This document shows positions 1 to 7,679 of a DNA stretch of 63,698 nucleotides, one piece after another. The stretch is from Candidatus Daviesbacteria bacterium (GTDB taxonomy: Bacteria > Patescibacteriota > Microgenomatia > Daviesbacterales > UBA10151), in assembly GCA_030648435.1 (NCBI GenBank), contig JAUSHE010000024.1, positions 1-63,698 of the forward strand, read 5' to 3'. Both the position numbers and the translations under genes were made by a program. The notes under the pieces were generated by a model that was given only the letters and a program-made list of their open reading frames with translations, was not told the DNA's origin and searched no databases. The stretch's first letter is position 1. Each line of letters begins with the position of its first letter.

Positions 1-844
1 AAATAACTATATTAGCCTCATTTTTGGCAAAAATCGCCGCCAGTTTGATTGCTTTCAAGAATTCCTCTTTTTCTACCATAGCTCTGGCAACAATTTTTTG
101 GGGGATAATCTTACCCCAAGCCGGGAACTGGCCTTCAATCAGTCTCGACGAAACCTGGGTGGTACCTAAAGTAAACACAATCTGATTCTGGTTCTCGCTG
201 GTGGCAATTCCTACTTCTTCCAAATCTTGTTCTGCTATCAACCTCAACACCTCTTCAAAGGTCTTTCTCGGTATCAGGCTCTTAAATTGGACACTAGCTT
301 TGGGTAATTCCAGCCGGCGGTGAGCAAGTCTAAAACCATCGGTTGCCACAAAATCCAGTTTATCACCGGAGATATCTGTTAAGATACCAGTTAAAACCGG
401 CCTGCCTTCGTCGACAGCTGAGGCAAACAGAATCTGGGCAGAAGTTAAAAATGCTTCTTTAGGCAGACTAATGCCGGAGGAAGAAGATAGGGGAATAGCC
501 GGGAATTCTGCCGCGGCAATACCATTAATTGTTGCTTTAAATTTGCCTGATTCTACCGTTAAAATTTCTTCTTTCAGCTCCAAGCCGATTTTGTTTGGCC
601 CCAAGCCGGAGATAAGTTCAACCAAAGTTTTGGCAGGAACCGTAATTTCTCCCGGAACTTCTACTTCTACATTCAAATACTCAATAACGCCTATTTCCAG
701 GTTAGTGGCGGCGATCTTAAGTTTCGACCCTTCGGCCGAGAGTAAAATATTATCCAGTACAGGGAGAGTTGATCTGATCCCGACTGATCTGGCAACTGAT
801 TGCAATAAAGGCAGCAAATCTTGTTGTAAACAAAAAAATTTCAT
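1..844 (-). CDS. dnaN: DNA polymerase III beta sliding clamp, 5' part (3' end leaves the window)
   Basis: Own minus-strand translation from ATG at 842-844: MKFFCLQQDLLPLLQSVARSVGIRSTLPVLDNILLSAEGSKLKIAATNLEIGV...ATDGFRLAHRRLEL, open to position 1. Missing from the ORF track because it is open-ended. Lies downstream of dnaA. Confidence 0.9.
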   Translation of the reverse strand, partial: MKFFCLQQDLLPLLQSVARSVGIRSTLPVLDNILLSAEGSKLKIAATNLEIGVIEYLNVEVEVPGEITVPAKTLVELISGLGPNKIGLELKEEILTVESGKFKATINGIAAAEFPAIPLSSSSGISLPKEAFLTSAQILFASAVDEGRPVLTGILTDISGDKLDFVATDGFRLAHRRLELPKASVQFKSLIPRKTFEEVLRLIAEQDLEEVGIATSENQNQIVFTLGTTQVSSRLIEGQFPAWGKIIPQKIVARAMVEKEEFLKAIKLAAIFAKNEANIVI

Positions 845-854
845 AAGACGAAAA

Positions 855-1310
855 TTATTCTCCTTTCTTACTAGACACAAACCGCTGAATTTCTTCCTCA
901 GTAACTTTAATTAAACGGAAATTAACCCGTCCGGCGGTAATTAGGTTTTTAATGTGTTTTTCCTCATCTGTCAAGAGGTGACTCACGCCGGACTTCACTT
1001 CTATAAAATCAATACGCATGTTATTTTTGATACCGATGAAATCAATTGGCCAGCCAAGGGGAATAATCCGGTCGTAATCATAACGCAGTTCGGCATAAAT
1101 CAAAAGCTCTGCCATTTTTCCTTTTTGAGGGTTAATTGAGCCCTGGATAGTTTGCAATACTCGCGCAGGTAAATCCTGAACTCCTTTGTATAAATCTATT
1201 AAATCTGTTGGAATATCTGTTGGTTTTCTGCCATGTAACCTACCGATTAAATAAGCTACCAGTAAAAGTAAAATAAATACTCCAGTAAACGTCCAGTTGA
1301 AGTTGTCCAC
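855..1310 (-). CDS. membrane-anchored PD-(D/E)XK (Hjc/YraN-like) endonuclease-fold protein
   Basis: N-terminal TM helix (FTGVFILLLLVAYLIG). E / D / E-x-K pattern: MAELLIYAEL, PIDFIGI, DFIEVKSG. Confidence 0.5.
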   Translation of the reverse strand: MDNFNWTFTGVFILLLLVAYLIGRLHGRKPTDIPTDLIDLYKGVQDLPARVLQTIQGSINPQKGKMAELLIYAELRYDYDRIIPLGWPIDFIGIKNNMRIDFIEVKSGVSHLLTDEEKHIKNLITAGRVNFRLIKVTEEEIQRFVSSKKGE

Positions 1311-1366
1311 AAGTATGTTCGATTATACTATATTAGTTAATAAACAGTAGTAGTATTAGTATACTC

Positions 1367-1481
1367 TGTGGATATGTGGGGAAGTAAGTTTACCGATCTT
1401 GAGTTTCGCTAAATATTTGTGTTGACAGGAGGTTTATTCTTGGTGGATAAGTTGTGGATAATTAAACTTTTTTGTGAATAA
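1367..1481. promoter_or_regulatory. DnaA-box cluster, candidate oriC core, next to AT-rich tract 1311-1366
   Basis: TGTGGATAA (reverse complement of TTATCCACA) is perfect at 1453-1461. 8/9 matches at 1367-1375 (TGTGGATAT), 1442-1450 (GGTGGATAA) and 1473-1481 (TGTGAATAA). Confidence 0.65.
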
Positions 1482-1490
1482 CAATACTTT

Positions 1491-1522
1491 GTCATCCTGA
1501 GGAGTCCTCGGCGAAGGATCTC
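1491..1522. repeat. family-B GC-rich short element, copy 1
   Basis: GTCATCCTGAGGAGTCCTCGGCGAAGGATCTC abuts the dnaA stop codon. Shares CATCCTGAG...CGAAGGATCT with 61563-61594 and CCTGAG...TCGAAGG with 32572-32591. Confidence 0.6.
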
Positions 1523-2844
1523 TAGAAAGCTGTCAGCTTTTGTTTTATCTCAATTAACATCCGCTGTACTTCCCGGTCCTGGTTAATAAGTTTTTTAATC
1601 TTGTCCCTTCCGTGCATTACTGTGGTGTGGTCCCTTTTGCCCAAAATAAACCCAATTCTCTCCACGGTTAAATTCAGATGTTCACTTAGAATAAACATGG
1701 CAATATGTCTTGGTAAGACTAACTCTTTTTGCCTTTTCGCTCCGATCAACTCTTTTTGATTTAAATTGAAGTATCCGCAGATAGTTGCTAAAACTTGTTC
1801 CGGTCCGACTTTAAAACCATTTTTGGGAGTAGTTTGTAAGTATTGACTGATGTTTTCGGTAGTTGGGGGTAAGTTTTGGGTTTGGAGGAGTTGTAGTATC
1901 CGGACAAGTTGTCCCTCCAGCTCTCTAATATTGGTTTCAAAAGAAGCTGCCAGCATCTTCAATGTTTCTTCCGTCAGGACTACTTTTTGCTCCAGGCATT
2001 TTGACCGCAGGATAGCGACCCTGGTATCAAAGTCAGGCGGTTGGATGTCAATCATTAGCCCACCCGCAAACCGGGACTTGAGTCTGTCTTCCAGTTTGGC
2101 TATTTCGTGGGGAGACCTGTCAGATGTAAGAACTATCTGGCAGTTTTTACTCATCAATTCATTAAATGTGTGGAAAAATTCTTCCTGTGTTCCCTCTCTG
2201 CCTGAAAAAAATTGAATATCGTCTATAAGTAGAATATCCGGCGAGCGGTATTTGGTTCTAAGTTGAGTCATTTTATGGTTTTGGATTGCTTCAACATAAT
2301 CATTCATAAATTTTTCTGAAGGAGAATAAATGATTTTTGCGTGTGGCTTTTTATTAAGAAGGGCATTGCCGATTCCCAGCATTAGATGGGTTTTTCCCAC
2401 CCCGGTGCCGCCGTAGATGAATAAAGGGTTATACGAAGTACCTGGGTTTTGAATTATTGCCTGGGCCGCAGCATAAGCCACATTATTTGATGGTCCGACC
2501 ACGAAGTTTTCCAAAGTATATTTAGGATTAAGGATGGTGGTGACTGTTTGGATTGGTTGGAAGAAATCCTCTTCCTCCGGTTCTCCGTTTGGCGCTTCGG
2601 TTTCTTTAACAATAAATTCTATCTGGATTTTCTTGCCGGTCAGTTTTTCAAAGTTATTCTCAATTAATAACAAGTATTTTTGGTTTAACGTTTCTTTGAT
2701 AAAAGCATGAGGGGTGGAAAGAATCGCTTTTCCGTCAGCAAAGCTTTTTAAAGATGTTTTTAAAAACCAGGCTTTGTAGTTAGCTGGGCCAACTTGGGGT
2801 TTTATAATTTCTAAAAATTTATGCCAAAGACGTAAATTGTCCAT
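1522..2844 (-). CDS. dnaA: chromosomal replication initiator protein DnaA
   Basis: Walker A GGTGVGKTHL, Walker B LLIDDIQF, SDRSP box, C-terminal DNA-binding DHTTVMH. Confidence 0.97.
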   Translation of the reverse strand: MDNLRLWHKFLEIIKPQVGPANYKAWFLKTSLKSFADGKAILSTPHAFIKETLNQKYLLLIENNFEKLTGKKIQIEFIVKETEAPNGEPEEEDFFQPIQTVTTILNPKYTLENFVVGPSNNVAYAAAQAIIQNPGTSYNPLFIYGGTGVGKTHLMLGIGNALLNKKPHAKIIYSPSEKFMNDYVEAIQNHKMTQLRTKYRSPDILLIDDIQFFSGREGTQEEFFHTFNELMSKNCQIVLTSDRSPHEIAKLEDRLKSRFAGGLMIDIQPPDFDTRVAILRSKCLEQKVVLTEETLKMLAASFETNIRELEGQLVRILQLLQTQNLPPTTENISQYLQTTPKNGFKVGPEQVLATICGYFNLNQKELIGAKRQKELVLPRHIAMFILSEHLNLTVERIGFILGKRDHTTVMHGRDKIKKLINQDREVQRMLIEIKQKLTAF

Positions 2845-2862
2845 GTGAATAAGTTATCCACA
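2844..2862. promoter_or_regulatory. two DnaA boxes upstream of dnaA (autoregulation or second oriC half)
   Basis: TGTGAATAA at 2844-2852 (8/9). TTATCCACA perfect at 2854-2862. Confidence 0.6.
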
Positions 2863-2923
2863 ATTTAATCTATCGGGTTGAGTACTTACAATATAGAGAA
2901 ACTATTAAGAACTAGATCAGTTA

Positions 2924-2932
2924 TGGTATACT
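2924..2932 (+). promoter_or_regulatory. extended -10 (TGGTATACT) for rpmH operon, probably a leaderless transcript
   Basis: TGnTATACT ends 7 nt before the rpmH ATG. No Shine-Dalgarno in between. Confidence 0.45.
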
Positions 2933-2939
2933 CTTCGAT

Positions 2940-3077
2940 ATGCCGAAGCGGACATATCAACCCAAAAAATTAAAAAGAGTTAGAAAACACGGATTTCGGG
3001 CCAGGACTGCAACTGCCGGTGGAAGAAAAGTGTTAAAAAGAAGAAGAGCGCAAGGAAGGGTTAGACTGACAGTCTAA
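2940..3077 (+). CDS. rpmH: 50S ribosomal protein L34
   Basis: Own translation [45 protein letters not shown]. Below the ORF-track length cut-off. Stop overlaps the rnpA ATG. Confidence 0.95.
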   Translation: MPKRTYQPKKLKRVRKHGFRARTATAGGRKVLKRRRAQGRVRLTV

Positions 3078-3415
3078 TGCTTCCAAAACACCAGCGCTTG
3101 AATTTAAAAAAAGATTTCAAATGGGTAGCAGCTGGAAAAAAACTGGAATCAAGATATTTAAAACTATTTGTCAAACCCGGAGACAATGAAATGCCCCGTG
3201 TGGGGATTGCTGTTTCATCGCAAACTTTTAAGAAGGCAACAGAACGTAATCGTGCCCGAAGGCTTACTTCTTCAGCTTTTGAAACTCTTTATGCAAAATT
3301 GCCAAATAATATTAATATAGTGGCTCTTCCCAAAGCAGGGGTAACTGGTGTAAAATCAGGTCTGGTGCTTTTGGATTTGGAGACAGTTTTAAAAAATGCA
3401 AAGATTATTAATTAG
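3077..3415 (+). CDS. rnpA: ribonuclease P protein component
   Basis: RNR-type motif KKATERNRARR. Position after rpmH. Confidence 0.9.
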   Translation: MLPKHQRLNLKKDFKWVAAGKKLESRYLKLFVKPGDNEMPRVGIAVSSQTFKKATERNRARRLTSSAFETLYAKLPNNINIVALPKAGVTGVKSGLVLLDLETVLKNAKIIN

Positions 3416-3596
3416 TTTAATAAATTTTTATCAGACTTTTCTGTCTTTTGACAAAGGAGTCTTGGCTGTTTTTGCACCGGGTGGCGCCTGCAAACAGGAA
3501 ATCAGTTGTTCGGAGTATGCTAAACGCGTGATCGGAGAATTCGGGGTGTTCAGGGGAAGCAGGCTTGGCCTAAAAAGAATCTGGAGCTGCAGATGA
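3396..3596 (+). CDS. yidD: membrane protein insertion efficiency factor YidD
   Basis: Cys motif GGACKQEISCSEYAK. Synteny rnpA-yidD-yidC. Confidence 0.85.
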   Translation: MQRLLISLINFYQTFLSFDKGVLAVFAPGGACKQEISCSEYAKRVIGEFGVFRGSRLGLKRIWSCR

Positions 3597-4441
3597 GTGG
3601 AATAATTGCTATTTTTGATACTTTATTTTTCGGCCCCGTTGTTAATTTGTTGGTGCTGATTTTCTCCGGACTGCAGGCAATTCATATACCGGGAGCTTTA
3701 GGTTTTTCCATTGTGATTTTGACTGTTGCAATAAGAATACTGGTTTGGCCTTTTATGGCTGCACAGATTAAAGCCACCAAAAAAATGGCAGAGTTAAAGC
3801 CTCATCTTGATGAATTAAAGGTCAAGCACAAGGGGGATAAGCAGGCTATGGCGCAAGCGCAAATGGCGCTTTACAAAGAACATGGCGTTAATCCGGCGGG
3901 CGGTTGTTTGCCGGCTGTAATTCAGATTCCGGTTTTTATTGCCCTTTATCAGTCAATCATTAATATTTTACCCGGAGCAGGTGGACACATTGATAAAATA
4001 AACTCACTCCTGTACTTCCCACAATTGAAACTAGCCGCTAATTTAGATCCCAATTTTTTCGGCCTTAATTTAGGTATTAAGCCATCGGATTTTGGTAAGT
4101 ATGGAGTTTTACTATTACTGATTCCCCTGGTAACTGCGCTGTTAACTTTTGTTCAGTCAAAAATGGCTTTGCCGAAACCGGTCAAAAAATACCCGTCCGA
4201 TTCCCCTAAAGAAACTAAAGAAAAAGCGGGCATGGAAGAAAGTATGGGGCAGGTACAGTCCCAAATGGTATATATGATGCCGGTAATGATTGGTTATTTT
4301 GCTTTCTCTTTTCCGGTAGGGCTCGCAATTTATTGGAATACATATACAATATTGGGGATTTTGCAGCAGCATAGAGTAGCCGGCTGGGGCGGAATGGCTG
4401 ATTTAATAAATAAAATTAAAAATGGAAAATCAACTAAGTGA
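3593..4441 (+). CDS. yidC: membrane protein insertase YidC (short form)
   Basis: Multi-TM 60-kDa-insertase core (GCLPAVIQIPVFIALY, YWNTYTILGILQQ). Synteny. Confidence 0.9.
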   Translation: MSGIIAIFDTLFFGPVVNLLVLIFSGLQAIHIPGALGFSIVILTVAIRILVWPFMAAQIKATKKMAELKPHLDELKVKHKGDKQAMAQAQMALYKEHGVNPAGGCLPAVIQIPVFIALYQSIINILPGAGGHIDKINSLLYFPQLKLAANLDPNFFGLNLGIKPSDFGKYGVLLLLIPLVTALLTFVQSKMALPKPVKKYPSDSPKETKEKAGMEESMGQVQSQMVYMMPVMIGYFAFSFPVGLAIYWNTYTILGILQQHRVAGWGGMADLINKIKNGKSTK

Positions 4442-4895
4442 AATATTAGACAATTTATTAGGCATGCTACTTCTTGAGGGAAGTTATGAGATTGAAGAAC
4501 AAGATGAGAGTTTTACAGTCTCGATTGAAACCAAAGATGCAGGAAGATTAATTGGATCCAGAGGTGAATCTCTGGACGGTTTGCAACTTTTAGTTAATCA
4601 AATGGTGTTTAGAAAAATGGAAACAGCCGAAGGTCAAAAGAGAATCGTCATTGATGTTGAGGGGTGGAGAAAACAAAAAGAGGAAGAGTTGGCAAGCAGT
4701 GCCAAAAGCTGGGGCGCACAAGTGCTGGAGAGTAAAAGCGAATTAGAGCTTGAACCGATGTCTCCATGGCAGAGAAGAATTGTTCATATGGTAATTTCCG
4801 AGATGCCGGGGCTCTCGAGTGAAAGTGCAGGAGAAGGTAGGGACAGGCATATTGTCATTAAGATTAAAACAGATGCCGAAGTTAAGAAAGATTGA
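4422..4895 (+). CDS. jag: Jag/KhpB-like RNA-binding protein (KH + R3H)
   Basis: R3H-type SPWQRRIVHM. Follows yidC. Confidence 0.85.
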   Translation: MENQLSEILDNLLGMLLLEGSYEIEEQDESFTVSIETKDAGRLIGSRGESLDGLQLLVNQMVFRKMETAEGQKRIVIDVEGWRKQKEEELASSAKSWGAQVLESKSELELEPMSPWQRRIVHMVISEMPGLSSESAGEGRDRHIVIKIKTDAEVKKD

Positions 4896-6018
4896 AGACA
4901 CTTTTCTTTTTTTAACCCTGCTTTTTTTACCAACCCAATTAGGCCGCCATTTCTGGCCTGATTTTTCTTATATTTATTCTCTAAAAATTGATTATTTATC
5001 ACCCACTATATATTTTTGGGACATGCTAGTAACAGGACTGCTTGCGGTGTGGCTTCTCCAAAAGCCTAAAATAAATAAACTGGCTTTAAATCTTCTTTTA
5101 TTTTTTTTGTTTACTCAGGTTGTATCGTTATTTGGAGCGGCTAATATTGGAGCGGGTTTGGTGCGTTTGGAGCAATATACGATTGCCGGATTGTTTGGAT
5201 TATATCTTGCGTCACTTCAGGATAAAAAAGCTATTTACCTGCCGCTATTGCTGGGGGTTATTGGAGAATCTTTGATTGCTGTTTTACAATTTTTGAAAGG
5301 TTCAACCCTTGGACTTTGGGTATTGGGTGAAAGAACCTTTGGCATTACGACTCCCGGGATTGCTAAGTTTGATTTTTTTGGGATGCAGTTTTTAAGGCCT
5401 TATGGCACTTTTCCTCATCCTAATGTTTTAGCAGGATATTTACTGATAGTAAGCGTTTTAGTAATCAGAAAGCCTTTTGTTTTAATGCTGACATCTTTGG
5501 CAATTTTGCTTACTATGTCGCGGACTGTGATTCTCTCCGGTTTTTTACTGCTTTTGTTTTTCAGGAAGAAGTGGCTAATTTTGTTAATTATTTTGGTTGC
5601 TCCTATTTTATTTGTCAGGTTTTTTAGTATTTTGAATTTTGATAATTTGGCGCTAGTACGGAGGGAGGAATTGATTAGTAGTGCATGGCAGATTTTTTTG
5701 AAAGAACCTTTTTTTGGTGTTGGATTGAATAATTTTATTCCGGCTTTAGCAGATAGTCTTATCAGCGGCCCCAGCCGTTTTTTGCAGCCGGTTCATAATA
5801 TTTTTCTTTTAGCGCTTTCAGAAACGGGATTGATAGGCCTCATCGGACTAATAAGTTTGATAATCTGGTCAATAATTAAAAGAGTAAACTTATTTCCTTG
5901 GCTGGTTATTATTTTTTTGGGAATGTTTGATCATTATTTTTTGGCCCTGCCCCAGGGCTACAGATTATTATTTTTGGTATGGGGTCTGTCTCTGTCCCGT
6001 GTTAAAATTATTCCGTGA
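4873..6018 (+). CDS. O-antigen ligase/polymerase-like (Wzy_C family) membrane protein
   Basis: About 10 TM helices with a central loop, LTMSRTV...; start trimmed to ATG 4873 (the ORF-track start at 4819 overlaps jag). Confidence 0.6.
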   Translation: MPKLRKIEDTFLFLTLLFLPTQLGRHFWPDFSYIYSLKIDYLSPTIYFWDMLVTGLLAVWLLQKPKINKLALNLLLFFLFTQVVSLFGAANIGAGLVRLEQYTIAGLFGLYLASLQDKKAIYLPLLLGVIGESLIAVLQFLKGSTLGLWVLGERTFGITTPGIAKFDFFGMQFLRPYGTFPHPNVLAGYLLIVSVLVIRKPFVLMLTSLAILLTMSRTVILSGFLLLLFFRKKWLILLIILVAPILFVRFFSILNFDNLALVRREELISSAWQIFLKEPFFGVGLNNFIPALADSLISGPSRFLQPVHNIFLLALSETGLIGLIGLISLIIWSIIKRVNLFPWLVIIFLGMFDHYFLALPQGYRLLFLVWGLSLSRVKIIP

Positions 6019-7190
6019 GTCATTTCTCTAAAATTTTTAAACAAACGGGGTGGCAGATGGCGGGGAAGATTGTCACGTCTGTCTCTACTTTTATTATTCT
6101 CGGACTGGTGGCGAGAAATTATGGCACAAGCGGAACGGGAATTTTTACACTGGCACTAACCTACTTGGCCATATTTTATATGTTGGCGGATTTTGGCTTT
6201 AATGCTCATGTTTTAAAGAAGAGAGACATTGAGTGGAATAAATTACTGGGAGCAAGATTAATTTGGTCCGGGTTATTGGTAATTTTAGCAGTTGGACTAC
6301 TGCCATTTTTGCCGTTTACTACCCCTCTTTTTTCAAGCGCTGTATTATTTGGAGCTTTGGCAATTTTTGGATCTTCTGTTTTTACAACCTGCAATTTAAT
6401 ATTTCAAAAGAAATTGCGGTATGACCTGTCGGTGTTGGCATCAAGCATTGGCACATTAGTGAGTTTGGCAGTTTTTTATTTTCTGGTTTTACAAAAATTA
6501 CCAGTCTCTTTTTTATTACTTGCTCATTTCTTTGGTTGGCTGGTAATAGCTTTATCAGCACTGTTTTTACTTCGTAGACTTATCTTAAAAATAATTCCGA
6601 TATTCGATCTACGATATACGATTAACCTATTCAAGTCTTCCTGGCCCATTGCCGCCACACTTGCCTTAAATGTCATTTATTTCCGGGCTGATTCATTTAT
6701 GATTGCTTATTTCAAAAATGCTGCTGATGTTGGAGTTTACAATATTGCCTACTCTATTTTTCAAACTGCGTTGGTTCTGCCAACATTTATTATGAATGCT
6801 TATTATCCTTTGATGCTTAAATCTCTGGAAAAAATTAAACTTATTGGTTCGGGACTCCTGGGTTTATCCCTGGCAGGTACTATTTTTACAATTATTTTTT
6901 CCCCTATTATGATTCGAATTTTAACCGGAGGGGGATTTGAAGGTTCTGTCCAAAGCCTGCAGATTTTATCCCTAGGGTTTCCTGCCTATTTTTTATCGGC
7001 ACTACTGATGTGGGTTCTGATAACCAGGGGGCAGTACAAAAAAATGCTTATAATTTACACATCCGGGCTCGTTTTTAATTTTGTGCTTAATATAATTTAT
7101 ATACCGCAGTATTCCTATATTGCCGCATCCTGGACAACAGTTATTTCCGAGTACTTGATTTTAATCCTACAAATCCTTATCCTAAGATAA
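6015..7190 (+). CDS. polysaccharide flippase (MOP/Wzx family)
   Basis: 12-14 TM protein, ATGA overlap with the preceding ligase-like gene. Confidence 0.6.
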   Translation: MSHFSKIFKQTGWQMAGKIVTSVSTFIILGLVARNYGTSGTGIFTLALTYLAIFYMLADFGFNAHVLKKRDIEWNKLLGARLIWSGLLVILAVGLLPFLPFTTPLFSSAVLFGALAIFGSSVFTTCNLIFQKKLRYDLSVLASSIGTLVSLAVFYFLVLQKLPVSFLLLAHFFGWLVIALSALFLLRRLILKIIPIFDLRYTINLFKSSWPIAATLALNVIYFRADSFMIAYFKNAADVGVYNIAYSIFQTALVLPTFIMNAYYPLMLKSLEKIKLIGSGLLGLSLAGTIFTIIFSPIMIRILTGGGFEGSVQSLQILSLGFPAYFLSALLMWVLITRGQYKKMLIIYTSGLVFNFVLNIIYIPQYSYIAASWTTVISEYLILILQILILR

Positions 7191-7601
7191 GTGAAACTTA
7201 TTATTTATACAGACGGCGCTTCGCGCGGAAACCCCGGACATGCCAGTTATGGTTTTACTATTTCCGGCGAAAAAGGAAAATTACTTTATCAGGAAGGCAA
7301 ATATATAGGTATAGCCACAAATAATGTGGCTGAATATATGGCCGTTTTAGAGGCCCTGAAATATGTTAAAAAAAATCTTAACAGGGAGTCCTTACAGATA
7401 GAGCTTTTTGCAGATTCAAGACTTGTGGTCGAGCAATTGTCCGGCAGATTCAAAGTGAAAAGCCCGCATTTAAAACCCTTAATCGGGCAGATACAGATAT
7501 TAAAGATGCAACTTGGTGGTGCAATTTACAATCACGTGCCTAGAGAGAAAAATTCAGCGGCAGATAGATTAGCAAATTTAGCACTGGATTCCCACATTTA
7601 A
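7191..7601 (+). CDS. rnhA: ribonuclease HI
   Basis: YTDGASRGNPG, NNVAEY, C-terminal D in EKNSAADRLAN. GTG start. Confidence 0.85.
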   Translation: MKLIIYTDGASRGNPGHASYGFTISGEKGKLLYQEGKYIGIATNNVAEYMAVLEALKYVKKNLNRESLQIELFADSRLVVEQLSGRFKVKSPHLKPLIGQIQILKMQLGGAIYNHVPREKNSAADRLANLALDSHI

Positions 7602-7679
7602 TCCCCGAGGCTTAAAATGACATAGAAAGTTGTGTTTTATCTATATTGATTTTGCGGGCAGTGGTGTTACGATTTACGC

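Noticed and set aside
471-914. 147-aa plus-strand ORF from the ORF track
   Set aside because: It lies antisense to a clearly recognisable dnaN reading frame (my own translation), and its sequence is low-complexity. It is a shadow ORF.
4819-4872. First 18 codons of the O-antigen-ligase-like ORF
   Set aside because: They overlap the jag coding region in another frame. ATG at 4873 or a later start is more likely.
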